Assembly (NCBI GenBank): GCA_032718475.1
Contig: JAUCBJ010007821.1
Location: forward strand, 81,428 to 145,427
Direction of reading: 5' to 3'
DNA length: 64,000 nt
Origin: Nemertoderma westbladi
Taxonomy: Eukaryota > Animalia > Xenacoelomorpha
Made by a program: the position numbers and the translations under genes. Within the stretch, counting starts at the first letter, position 1. Each line of letters starts with the position of its first letter. A model generated the notes under the pieces. That model ran no database searches and was not told where the DNA came from. It saw nothing but the letters and a program-made list of their open reading frames with translations. Below, piece after piece: positions 48,208 through 60,955 of the stretch.

Positions 48208-50501
48208 CTAGTGTTGCACCAGTTCAAACTGGGACGGTTTTGGGTATAGAGTCTCCAAAAGTTCCCTCACGATCCCCTTAATAATGTGGGCATTGGGTTT
48301 GTTTTGATCGACGCCATCATTAATACAAATAAACTTCTTAGTGTGACGACGGAGTTCGTCCACTTGTTTTTTTGTATTGGAGACGCTGTTTGTTATGTAC
48401 ACATATTGCTCGTGGTAGGTTGACATGGCTTCAAGCTTCCAGAAAATTTGAAACCTTCCGGAAACCACAATTTTTCATCGAAAATCTCGATTTTGTAATT
48501 AATTGATTCCATTTAAGTGTGAAATTGAGAAATATTTGGGGATGGTTGAGTAGGGCTGCAGCACTTAAGCTGATTTTAATTCCTAAGTTATTAATTTATA
48601 CCAATTTGAGTGTTATTCTAATTAGATACATAGGCTTTCTGGCTTAAAATAAAAGAATCCAAATAATAATTTGACTGCAAGTTTTCAAGTTCGATGTTAA
48701 TTCTGTAATTGTACCAAGTTTTATATTTACAGTTAGTTAGTATGGATGGAATTCACGAATAATTTAACAACTGATCACAAGCTGTTTAGTTAGTAGGACA
48801 GAAGTATGGCTTCAGTCAATCTAATAGTAGCACTAGCGCATAAAAGTCTGATAGTTTCTACCGGATACAAACTGAAAGTAAATGATCTAACAGAAAATAA
48901 TATAACCTGGTAGTTGTAGTAGTGTAGTACCGGTAAGTTTTTTGTGGAACTAAATTATATTCCGAAGCAATTTTATTCAGCAAAATTATAAAAACAAGAT
49001 ACAGAAAATCAGTTTTTGTGTGGAAATAAATTATATTCAGAAGCTTTTTTAATTAAATTTTTAATTTTTTTTAATTACACTTTCCCTTTCATCTCAGGTT
49101 TTTAGGGAGTGAAAGATCTCAAAAATCTTCGAAATTTATCAGAATCTTACGGAAACCTAGTTTCCGGGTTTCCAAATTTTGTGGAGACCTGCATGGTTTC
49201 GAACTGATATTTATTGCGACTGCTGTAGATAAAGGATTTATTTATCATCAACAGGAGAGGTTTACATGAAAGGAAGATTTCTTTAGATACTGTTCGGCTG
49301 GTGGAGTTGTTGTCCTTGTCTAACTGCAGCGATTTCTCTGTGTCACTTTCAATGCAGTCGGATATGAAATTCTCCATTTCAATTAAACTGGAGTTTGATA
49401 GCGGTATTGGGTAAAGCCTGCTTGCGAGCACTCTCAACTCTCTGTTGGATAGCACCCCGGAGTCGTCTGTGTCGAGATTATCAAAAAAAGTTCCACTTTG
49501 GCATCCATCAGATAGTTGAAGTAGGAGAAGGCAAATTGCATATCTTCATCGTGACGCAGTTTATGGGAAGCTGTTTTAAGGAATTCTTCATGAAAGATTT
49601 CATGTAATTCCTCTATAATTAGTTTATTGAGAAATAACGGCGTATGGGATATCATATACCGGGTCTTGCGCCCAAACATTTTGTTATATAATTCATTCAC
49701 ATAAGTCAAAGTATTGGCGTAATTGCCGAATGGCAAGTTGTTTTTTTTTCCAGAGGCGGCATAATTCGTCTTGTAGATACGCGGTCCATTGGTGCGTGTG
49801 ATAAAGTCTGAGGGCCAGATTGGCGCACCAAACATAAAATCATCATTGAGGTAGAGGAAGTTCTCGGAGAGACCTGGAATGCGATGAAGTTGAGACTCTA
49901 TGGCGGGGGAACCGAAGGTGGGAAGATTCGACTTGTTTGCAAATATCTCATTGTGAGTTACTATGGTAACCCGGGGATTGCTAAGGTTCAACCAGTATGG
50001 GATTTGCCCATTAGTCACGATGAAAATGTGTCGAAGCCACGGGGCATACAGGTCAACAGAACGTAGGGAGTATCGCAACTCCTCGTTGTCATAAAAACGG
50101 CTGGAACTTGAGCGATCCTCGAGGTTCGATTGGTCACTCCTCACCCTCCCTTCCGTGTTCATCTCCCATTCCAATTCCCTTTGGACTTTCTCCAATTCTA
50201 CTAACATTTCAGGGTCTGAACCATTCACCCAGGTGTAGACTAAGTCTACAGGAAACAGTTTGTCAGGATGTAAGTCATTCATCCATGTGCTGTCTAAGAC
50301 ATCACGTAATTGCTTGGTGGTGTTTAATACCTTCTTCCAGGGATGCAGATTCAGTGGTAAGGAATCATAAATATTATCATTGTGTTTGACTTCTGTCGTG
50401 AAATATACCACGAAAGGCAGAAGGAGTATGAAACCAGCTAGACATATCTTCAAATGATGGGCCTGTCTCACTGATGAGCATTGCACACATCTAGGCAACA
50501 T
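48208..50501 (-). pseudogene. Stealth/GNPTAB-like gene copy 2, frameshifted (or encoding a truncated 355-aa protein)
   Basis: Paralog of 26311-28727. A 13-bp deletion near 49487 shifts the frame just before the EF-hand. CR4 exon 48208-48435 is intact. Confidence 0.85.
48432..49191. mobile_element. hAT-like element / candidate intron in Stealth copy 2
   Basis: TSD 48424-48431 / 49192-49199; same termini as copy 1, with internal deletions. Confidence 0.85.
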
Positions 50502-51446
50502 TGTAATGTTTAAGAAATCTAACTTTATTTAATTAATTCAATAACTCTTTACAATGTACATAAATATATATATATATACATATATATTTACATAAATAAA
50601 CACGGATCATAAACCATGAACGGGAACAACTTTTCATACAATTATGTACATATATGTAATTTACTGTAGTTTACATTATGTCAACTTATCGCTATCTGAA
50701 CGCTTAATTAATCACTTTGTCAACTGGTCCCGGTCAACTGGCCCGGTCCATATATTGTCATAAAAAAGTTACAATATAGTAATTACATCGAGACATGAGA
50801 ACCACCATAGATTAGATTTTAACTATAAATACAGCTACTACTAGAAACTTTATCCAAATTCACATGGAAAACAAGAAAAATAAAAGTAAATTCCAAGACG
50901 GGATTGTCTAGTAGAGCTCATAACGGTTGGAAAACACTGAGCCGCATAAAAATAATGAGGGTAAGTTAAAGCTAAGTGTTGATAAGAGTTAAGAAAAGAG
51001 ATTAAGCTAAGCTAGTGTAAGCTAGTAAGTTATAACAAGAAGTTTCTGGCGGCAATGTTTTGTACAAAATATTTATTTTTATTTTATTGCTAGAGGAAGT
51101 TAACGAGGTCTATTTACTACATGATATACTGTATTATTATGCGCCATGATGAATTTTAAAAATATAATAAACACGGAGAGGAGAAAACGACAGCTATAAT
51201 AACACCAACAGTAACGGCAGTGGACTAACTCAACTAATGGGGAGGGGAGGGGGGCTGGTTAGATAACATGTAAAATCAATCAGTTTCAAATATATGGCGC
51301 TTCAGGGATGACGAAAATTATGATTTGGAAGCTTTGTTTTTAATTTCACTGGTAACATAATGTTCAACGATACCCCCTGCTCTGTCACTCTACAATTCTG
51401 GGCAGGCATTGGAGAAAATGGTCCTAGTCATTGTCAATGGAATAAA

Positions 51447-52636
51447 TAGCATTTTTATTAAATCGCATCAGGGATCCCATTGAGAGACTGCTCCGTGGAA
51501 ATCAGAATGGGTTCTGTGTAGGTCGTGGGACCATGGAGCCCATTTTGGCACTTAGAAGGATAATTGAAGAGTTATCAAAAAAGAAAGACTTTAGGCATCT
51601 GGGTGTTATCTTTGTTGACTTTTTCAAGGCCTTTGATTCAGTCTCTTGCTCACGTATGTTCAGCATACTTTCATTACATGGGATTCCTGATGAAATTATT
51701 GCAGCAATCAGATCAGTATACGATGGTTCGACAACATTTGTATCTACTGTTGATGATGACACAGAACCATTTGAAGTATTAGGGGGAGTCCTCCAAGGAG
51801 ACACACTTGCGCCATTCTTGTTCATAATTGTGGTTGACTATGTTCTACGCATGTCCTTAGATCATCATAATGATGATGGGGTGATGCTAATTCCACCTAC
51901 TGGCTCCAGAAGTCGAGGAAATCCTGCCAAGTACCTAACTGATCTAGACTTTGCTGATGACTTAAGAGTTCTCTCAGAATCACTAGAGGGAGCCCAATGG
52001 CTCCTCAGCTCATTAGAACAGGCTGCTTCTAGTGTTGGTCTTTTTTATTAACTCCAAAAAGACCAAAATTGTGACAGTTAACTTTGAAAGTCCTCAGTAA
52101 GTCTCTGACCGGATGAGCATAAGCTCAAAGGATGGTATGCTTGAGCATGTAGACGACTTCTGTTATCTGGGATCATGGATCCGGAAGTCAGGTGAGGACC
52201 TTCGAATACTTAATTGAAAGGCATGTGCAGACTTGAATGGGCTTTCCATGATTTAGAAGTTACATAGAATTCATCGGAAACTTAAGGTCCGATTATTTAG
52301 AGCAGCAGTAGTTCCAGTACTCCTCTATGGGAGTCCATGCTGGGCTCTAACTGCTGAGGACACCAAATCTCTGGATGGCACATTCACAAGAATGCTACGC
52401 CGGTTTCACTGTATCGTGTACAATGCACACATCTCCAACCAGACACTATATAACATTGTAGGTGTCTTATTGGTTCCCCCAACTTGACAATAGAACAAAG
52501 CCGCCTCCGCTTTGCAGGACATTGCTTTCGCCGTGAGGACCAACCAGTGCATAATCTTGTGCTTTGGCGGCCTCATGGAGTGAATAAGCATGGTGGACCG
52601 CCCATGACTTTCTTGAGACGCATCTTAAAGGACACT
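51447..52636 (+). mobile_element. RTE-like LINE RT fragment, copy 2
   Basis: Paralog of 29680-30856. Confidence 0.85.
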
Positions 52637-55600
52637 ATGCCAACCATTGTGTGACTGTATTCGCTTTAAATATGAAGCGAGTTTGAAAGATGTCGTTCGC
52701 GGCGAATACATATTAAAATCGAGTTATATTGGTGTTGTAAGGGTCTAAGCCACGATTCTAAGTAAAACATATTCCTTTTATCATATGGCCATTTCGTGTA
52801 TTAACACACGTCTTCAGTGATATAAATATATAATAAAGTGTTTACATAATTTACATATTAAAATAAGTACGTACGTGGTTAAATTGAATTGAATAATATA
52901 GGCTCATTCCATGCAAATGTCAACCCCAGTGCTGTAAAAGCTTTTGTGGGATAACTGATTCGTTTGCCTTGTTGGCCAGTTCCCCCCCAGTCGCTAGAAT
53001 ACTCTCAAAGGGATCTATAGCTAAAAATAGTGCAAGTTACCAGCTTATTGGCTGATTTGCTGTACGCAGGCATCTGGGCTCTGTTTAATCGGCCAACCAG
53101 CCTAGGGAGGTTGCGTCATAGCCTTGTTTTTGTATCTCCCAATAGAATTTGAGTTAGCCTTGATTTTGACCTATCACAGAGCTACTGAACTGAAATTTTC
53201 CTATCTCACTGCTCTTTCTCTGTGTTGAACGGGAGCTTCGTGGAATAAGGGTAGTTGGTATCCTCGTATAGAGCAGTAGTCACGAGTTTTTCAAAGCCAC
53301 GAAAGAACGGCTTTGTAGTGTTTTGTGCTTTCTGCTTTTTAGCTCAACACTAGTAGGTTTAATTATAAGGACATATATCCTTTAACTCATGGAATCACTG
53401 CAATTTCGTAATCACTGCTGACACACGGCTTTTAATAACTGCTGAAACTGCTAAAATTACCTGCTCAATCAATACTGTATACTGCTATTTGTTGTCGGTT
53501 ATTCATTATATTTGTTGATGAATTATTATATTGGAATAACGAGAAATAACCCCGACACCCAATATTCTTGATATACCGAAGGTAAGAGAGAAAGGTTACC
53601 AATAACGATTGTGACTTATGTTAAAGTGGTTTGAAGTGAATCTAATGTTATTTGGTAGACCCTACATGAGTCAGTCTGTGTTCCTTTTATATGTGACTAA
53701 AATCAGTGAAGATTGGCAGATTAGTGTGCAGTATTGTGCAGCATTGTGTACGAGTGAGTCTGTTAAAGAAGCATTTCCTAAAGAATGCGCCATATATGTG
53801 AATTATAATTAAGCCATATCGTTGTGAGTAGTTTAAGTCATAACTCTGTTTATATAGATAAAGCGCCACGTCCAAAAGGAACTGTTAATATTCCCGAAGG
53901 TGAATAATATTGTCAGAGATTATATAATACTGTCAGTCGAATAATACATTAGGCTTACATAGCAATAAAATTAAACCGTCGAACCCAATCTCCCGGGAAT
54001 ATCCAGCGGGTGAATGATCGCGCACAGATTGGTTTCGACTAGTGTAGTGAATCAAATACTTGTCATAGGCTAAAAAGCGATTTAATATCTAGAAGACATC
54101 TTAATTTGGCGGGTTAAACTGCCAAAGGTCTGAAAGCGCGAACATTAAAGGATATAGCTTCTTTATTGCAGTAAGCAATAAAGTTGAAAGTACCGGTCAA
54201 CCGGTAAACCTGAACGGTACTTCAGTAGGTCAGTAGGCCCAACCGCCAGAACCGGTACTGCCGTAGGTCCGTAGGTCCAACTGCCAGAACCGGTACTTCT
54301 GTAGGTCCGTGGGCCTAGCTGTCCTAACCGGTACTTCCGTATAAGTACACTAGTATTATTCGATTTGATTGTTGCATACCGGTAGGCTGTTAAGGGATTA
54401 GGGATTGATCACCCCTTATTCCTTTATATGGTTTACTTATTTCTGTCAAGTTTTATTTATTTGTAGGCCAGTATTGAACAGAAGGCGTGTAAGCCTGATC
54501 AGATTGTACAGACAATTTGTAGGCTGAGCTGTTGTCTGATTGTTGTTAAGTCTGAACGGATTGCAGTGTGTGTAGATCATCTGTCCGATAAAGAACAGTT
54601 AGGAAGTAGGGGCAGCGAATGCTGTAAGGTAAACCCCCAACTAAAGAATAAGTCGTACTACTGGGTTAGAACGCATACTACCTAATCATTTCGGAGTCTG
54701 CATGTCCTGTAGTTTATTTAGGCTTGAGAGTAGTCTGCCATCGTTTAGTCTGTACTTTGTTTGTGTAAGTCTGTACGGGTAGCGTATAATATTTATTTAG
54801 ATAATTTGTAGGCTGAATAGTTGTCTGGTTGTTGTTAGGTCTGAGCGGATTGCAGCGTGTGTAGATCACTTGTCCGATAAAGAACGGTTAGGAAGTAGGG
54901 GCAGCGAATGCTGTAAGGTAAACCCCCAATTAAAGAATAAGTCGTACTACTGGGTTAGAACGCATACTACCTAATTATTTCGGAGTCTGCATATACCGTA
55001 GTTTGTTTAGGCTTGATAGTAGTCTGTCAGTGTTCGGTCTGCATTTTGTTTGAGTAGTTTGTACGCGTAGCGTAATATTTATTATTCAGAGTTTATGCGA
55101 TTATCCGCAACATTCATTCCCCAAGTTTGTTCCTACAGTAATTGTGTTTGTTATACATACCGCTATAGTTAAATTAACCCCGGTACTACACGGGCTGCTT
55201 GGCGTAGGTAAAGACTGGTGATTTGTGCATCGGTCACTCCAGCAGATGCCGTGGTTCTTTTAGCTGTTCAAGTATATTTAACTACTGATTATCTGTTGTA
55301 CAAGTACTCGTACCTAATTTAGGGTTTAGTGTACAGTACTTTCCGAAGTAATTAGTGTAGACATTATATTTGTGTTGTAAAGTGGTTGATAGGCACGTTC
55401 GATTAGCTCTATTAACTTCTAGGTAGGAACACTCCGTGATACATAACGTAGAACCTATAGCGATACGGCTATAGGTCGTCAGGCGGTGGTATTTTTCTAT
55501 CTGGACAACGCAGTGTATTTACTACTACTTATTATTTCAAATACCGTAGTACCCTGTCCGTTGTAATAACCAGAATTCTAACCCTTTGTTAGGCTGGTTT

Positions 55601-56395
55601 GTAGACTTCTTGTAAAATTACCCTGAAATTCTTATTTGCGTTTTTGTAAATTTTTGTGTTTATTTAGAGATTGTAATCTCACCCGAATTGTACGTAATTT
55701 GTAGTATTAAGTAACTTAGGTAAATTAGAATTATTTGTTTTAGTGTCCTATAAGTAACACTTCACTGAAAGCGCACCGCTTTGTGTAGTGATTACTCCCC
55801 AGAAATAATAACATTTATTTCAAACATTGACTAAACCCATTAAAACGGGTATATATATATTATAAATCAAATCTAACGATTTATAAATAGTAGGCCTACC
55901 ATATAACAATTATGTCTCAATATCAGTTGGACTACTGCTTAAATAACGGTAATAAAGTAAGTTAAAGTAACCAAGTAACCCTTAAAGTTCAGAAATTCAA
56001 TTATTCTAAAATAATTGATATACCGGTATTTACGATAGGCCTATTATAATATTTATATTTGTGCTGAAAGCATACCGGTATTCTGTAATTAATTCAGTTA
56101 ATAACTATACTTATATATACACTACAAACTGTCAGCTGTATACCGGTATTCCCGATAGGCCTATTATATATTTATATATATTTGTGCTAAAATTATACCG
56201 GTATTCTGTGATAAACCTAGTCTGTAATAATAGTTATATATACTATAAGCATACCGGTATTATAATATATTATATATATCACGCTACACTGAGTAGCAGT
56301 ACCGGTAATTAATTACTAGGCTAGCAGTTAATACTGAGTTACTAGACTTGCTCAGACTGTAATACAGCAGTAGACATTCAACGGTATACATAGTC

Positions 56396-59300
56396 ATGTC
56401 TGATACTAAGCAGAACCTGTCAGACAGTATATTAGATGTAACTATCTGCGACTCAGATAGAGACGTACAACCGTCTGGTCGTAAGTTCAGTTCACCTCCC
56501 ACTGTGAGGAAGGTCATCCCTCCAGTAGTAATAACAGAACCTAGGCTAGTCCAACATCGTAGGTCTATCATAGGCACCCGAGCTCAGGTCAAGTGGGACC
56601 AAGAAGCAGCGGAACAGCAACAACCCGCGAGTCAAGAACTTATTCCTCAGCGGCCCAGCAGCTCCAGTAGTGAGGATACTGTAGAGCTGACACCCGAGCG
56701 CGGAGCAGAGATGACGGATGCGGCTTATACGGATCCCCTTCTCATCCTTCCTGCAGCCGTACTCACTAGGTTATTGATCGCGGTGGAAGAACACCAGATC
56801 GATTGGGCGAGAAGTCAACGGTCAACTAGAGATAGTTATGCGGGATACACGAGTGAAGAACTGAAGTCTATTGTCGAGTCGCAATGGAACTTCCCCGGAC
56901 CCGGACTCCCGTTTGATTTATCAGAAGCTGCCTGGGAAGACATACACCGGATGGGAGTAGCCAAGGAAACCATCGATCCAGCTGTGTGGAAGAGGTCCGC
57001 AGCCGGATACGCACAGGGATTCTTCAGCTCTATGGAGCGAGTAAAAGGACAACTGTTTCAACAACCACAAGGACCTCAAGAGCAGGGACAACTGCTTTAT
57101 CAAGTTAGAGAAAGAATTCTGCGAATCAGGCTAATCTTATCAGCCTTTGAGGAGGCTTCTAAACGAAGACAAGACACGTCGTTGCAAGTTGCCGTAAAGA
57201 CTTGGTTTCAACGGGTGAGTCTCCAGGTTCAAGGAACAGCTCAGTGGAAAGCTCAGCTGGAGGAGCGATCAACCCATGGAGAATCAACAGACGCTACTTT
57301 TTCCCAAGTGGAAAGTGAAGCGACGGCAGAGAAACCGCATAAGAGGGATGCCATTGACATTTATCTGTCAGACTATCAACGTTTTTTAGGTGATGACGAG
57401 TTGAGGAGAAGGTTAGAGGGACTTAGCCCTAATAGTGAAGGAACCATGCTTGTGTTGGATGCCATCGATGTGGAAATGAGGGCTGCGAATCAGGCTAAAT
57501 TCGATGAACAACTCCGCATCACACGAGTCCAAGAAGAACAAGTAAAGAAAAAACGTATAGAAGACAGAAAGAAAGCAGCAGTGGTAGCTGCAGAAGCAGA
57601 AAGAAAGACGGCAGCGGCCAAGGCAAAAGCGGCAGCGGCCAAGGCAAAAGCGGCAGAGGCAGCGGCAGAGGCAAAAGCGGCAGAGGCAGAGGCAGAGGCA
57701 GCGGCAGAGGCAAAAGTGGCAGAAGCAGAACGGAAAGCGGCTGAAGAAACCACCCAATTAGAATTGGAAAACATTCAGGAGAATCAAGACTGCATAAATA
57801 AACAGTTAACAGCTAGTAATATGCAGATGATGAATCGATCTACTCCCAAAAGACAGGGATATACATCATCTGAGGAAGGCGATACCACCGATACTGAAGG
57901 CAAAGGAAATAGATCTCGTCTAAGCAGACGTAAAAGAACATTCCACCGTCAGAAATTGCCTGATTTGCCTCCAGCTGTCAGAAAGCAACTAAATAGCACC
58001 AACTTAGGCAGTACAGAACCCACAGACCAAATAATTAAAATAGAAAGACTCCCTACTATAGTAGATGAGCCTGAAATAATTAGGCCTGTTCTCGAAATCA
58101 CCCCTTCGGTGATAGACACACCTGTGCTCCCTGAAGTTACCTCTAAATTCCCTCTGCATAGCACTAAGCTACCTGTGCCCCATAGAACTGCCCCAGAGAC
58201 AGTTCAGGTCCTGGGTCCCGATCGAAATATTCATAATTTGTCGCCCGTTGTCCATCGTCCGCCCGCTACAACGTTGGCGACTCCCGCTTCGGCGGTCGAA
58301 TGGGTGGACGAGGGACGGCGGGGGATGGATATCCTGCTCGGACAGATGCAGGAGACTGTCCAGCAGTTCAAGGGCACAGTAAGGGAAAGTAGGCTAGAGT
58401 TGCAAGAAGTGCAGCAAAGTATCGCGCTAGAGCGCGATAAATTAGTAAACACACAAAGAGGTATACCACCACCCTCAGTAACAATGTGTCAACCTGTTAG
58501 GTCTGAAGTATCTCATGCGCAAGGTGTGGAGCCTACACGCATATATACTGCTAGCGAAGTTGAAACTCCTATAGTGAACCCTATTAAGGGTAATTATAGA
58601 CCTGTTGATAATGATATTCCATATAGAACTGATCATAATCCGAGAAATTTATATACCGATAACTCGATATTAAATAACACGATGGCCCAAGAAAATTTTA
58701 CGCGTCAAATGGCTAGAACCGAAGCCCGGCAAGCGGTAAAGGTGGGAGAGATCGTCAAGTTCAATGGAGATGAGATGAAATGGTTACCTTTTAATGAATA
58801 TTACAAAGATAACATACAGAACTCTGTACTATCTAATGGAGAAAAACTTAGAGACCTCATCGAGTGCTTGGAAGGATCTCCCAAGTTAATGGCGTTAAAG
58901 TTTATTGGACATCCAGACGGATTAAGACAAGTTTGGGATACACTAAACATCAGGTATGGTAATAGGAATAATATCGCTGGGTACTTGTATGCAAAGTTAG
59001 TAGCGCCCCGAAAGTTTATTAGTAGTGGAATTATCGAGTTTTCCGATGAGATCCAGGAGATCTGCAGACAATTAGATTGGCTAGGTAAGTCTCATGAGTA
59101 TCAGAACACTATGGTTATTAGAGCAGTGGCTTCTACTTTACCGAAAGGTGGAGTAGGTACACGCTGGGATAAGAAAGTGTTATATATGATGGAACAACAA
59201 CGACGAGACCCTACCATGGCTGATCTCATGTCATTCCTAGATGGAGAAGTGAAATTACAGCTCCTGAAACTGTCTAGGGAGAAGACACCGGAAAACAAGG

Positions 59301-59986
59301 TAAGTGAAAAACCCGTCTCTAGGAGAAAGGTAACACCAGTATGTTATACAGACGACGGCGAAAGCCAGACTTCTCAAGGAGAAGATAGCGGGAAAGACAC
59401 TGATAGATCTTATTACGTAAATAAAATTCCTAAAGATCAGGTGAGTAAATTCAAGTCTCGATCAAATGACAGGAGGGAACAGGTAAGAAAAACTCCTCCC
59501 ACGTCTCCCAAGAGAATTCAGGTGAGAAAACCCGAAGAAAAGGCAAGTGTACACAATGTGACTCAAAATAAGGTAAGTAACATCAAACCGAAATGTGCGC
59601 TGTGCGACGGGACCCACCATTTGAATAGGTGTGATGAATTTCTAAAGAAATCATTAACAGAGAGACGCGAAGTCATGTGGGATAAGCGGTTATGTTATAA
59701 TTGCCTCAGACAAGGACACCAACGGCGAACCTGTTTCTCTGACATAAGGTGTGCAAAGTGTGGTGCGAAACATCATATCTTGTTGCACGCTGAATTCGAT
59801 CGAAATAGTCCGAATCAGGTAAGTGATTCCGAGCTACATGTCCAATTCAGTGATGTGAACGACACTGATCAATCTGAGATGGAAGGATTCTATACAGACG
59901 AGTTCTCCGACGAAAACGAATCCTGTTACATGATAAATACCGCAGTTGATAGGCACGTTCGATTAGCTCTATTAACTTCTAGGTAG
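56396..59986 (+). CDS. BEL/Pao Gag, truncated before the protease by the duplication junction
   Basis: Highly similar to 9724-13250; zinc knuckles present; last residues come from leader sequence after 59945. Confidence 0.88.
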   Translation: MSDTKQNLSDSILDVTICDSDRDVQPSGRKFSSPPTVRKVIPPVVITEPRLVQHRRSIIGTRAQVKWDQEAAEQQQPASQELIPQRPSSSSSEDTVELTPERGAEMTDAAYTDPLLILPAAVLTRLLIAVEEHQIDWARSQRSTRDSYAGYTSEELKSIVESQWNFPGPGLPFDLSEAAWEDIHRMGVAKETIDPAVWKRSAAGYAQGFFSSMERVKGQLFQQPQGPQEQGQLLYQVRERILRIRLILSAFEEASKRRQDTSLQVAVKTWFQRVSLQVQGTAQWKAQLEERSTHGESTDATFSQVESEATAEKPHKRDAIDIYLSDYQRFLGDDELRRRLEGLSPNSEGTMLVLDAIDVEMRAANQAKFDEQLRITRVQEEQVKKKRIEDRKKAAVVAAEAERKTAAAKAKAAAAKAKAAEAAAEAKAAEAEAEAAAEAKVAEAERKAAEETTQLELENIQENQDCINKQLTASNMQMMNRSTPKRQGYTSSEEGDTTDTEGKGNRSRLSRRKRTFHRQKLPDLPPAVRKQLNSTNLGSTEPTDQIIKIERLPTIVDEPEIIRPVLEITPSVIDTPVLPEVTSKFPLHSTKLPVPHRTAPETVQVLGPDRNIHNLSPVVHRPPATTLATPASAVEWVDEGRRGMDILLGQMQETVQQFKGTVRESRLELQEVQQSIALERDKLVNTQRGIPPPSVTMCQPVRSEVSHAQGVEPTRIYTASEVETPIVNPIKGNYRPVDNDIPYRTDHNPRNLYTDNSILNNTMAQENFTRQMARTEARQAVKVGEIVKFNGDEMKWLPFNEYYKDNIQNSVLSNGEKLRDLIECLEGSPKLMALKFIGHPDGLRQVWDTLNIRYGNRNNIAGYLYAKLVAPRKFISSGIIEFSDEIQEICRQLDWLGKSHEYQNTMVIRAVASTLPKGGVGTRWDKKVLYMMEQQRRDPTMADLMSFLDGEVKLQLLKLSREKTPENKVSEKPVSRRKVTPVCYTDDGESQTSQGEDSGKDTDRSYYVNKIPKDQVSKFKSRSNDRREQVRKTPPTSPKRIQVRKPEEKASVHNVTQNKVSNIKPKCALCDGTHHLNRCDEFLKKSLTERREVMWDKRLCYNCLRQGHQRRTCFSDIRCAKCGAKHHILLHAEFDRNSPNQVSDSELHVQFSDVNDTDQSEMEGFYTDEFSDENESCYMINTAVDRHVRLALLTSR

Positions 59987-60955
59987 GAACACTCCGTGAT
60001 ACATAACGTAGAACCTATAGCGATACGGCTATAGGTCGTCAGGCGGTGGTATTTTTCTATCTGGACAACGCAGTGTATTTACTACTACTTATTATTTCAA
60101 ATACCGTAGTACCCTGTCCGTTGTAATAACCAGAATTCTAACCCTTTGTTAGGCTGGTTTGTAGACTTCTTGTAAAATTACCCTGAAATTCTTATTTGCG
60201 TTTTTGTAAATTTTTGTGTTTATTTAGAGATTGTAATCTCACCCGAATTGTACGTAATTTGTAGTATTAAGTAACTTAGGTAAATTAGAATTATTTGTTT
60301 TAGTGTCCTATAAGTAACACTTCACTGAAAGCGCACCGCTTTGTGTAGTGATTACTCCCCAGAAATAATAACATTTATTTCAAACATTGACTAAACCCAT
60401 TAAAACGGGTATATATATATTATAAATCAAATCTAACGATTTATAAATAGTAGGCCTACCATATAACAATTATGTCTCAATATCAGTTGGACTACTGCTT
60501 AAATAACGGTAATAAAGTAAGTTAAAGTAACCAAGTAACCCTTAAAGTTCAGAAATTCAATTATTCTAAAATAATTGATATACCGGTATTTACGATAGGC
60601 CTATTATAATATTTATATTTGTGCTGAAAGCATACCGGTATTCTGTAATTAATTCAGTTAATAACTATACTTATATATACACTACAAACTGTCAGCTGTA
60701 TACCGGTATTCCCGATAGGCCTATTATATATTTATATATATTTGTGCTAAAATTATACCGGTATTCTGTGATAAACCTAGTCTGTAATAATAGTTATATA
60801 TACTATAAGCATACCGGTATTATAATATATTATATATATCACGCTACACTGAGTAGCAGTACCGGTAATTAATTACTAGGCTAGCAGTTAATACTGAGTT
60901 ACTAGACTTGCTCAGACTGTAATACAGCAGTAGACATTCAACGGTATACATAGTC

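Larger units (their letters stand above)
42421..52932. repeat. Segmental duplication, copy 2
   Basis: Colinear with 18645-31153; lacks the Kelch MITE and has a shorter minisatellite. Confidence 0.93.
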
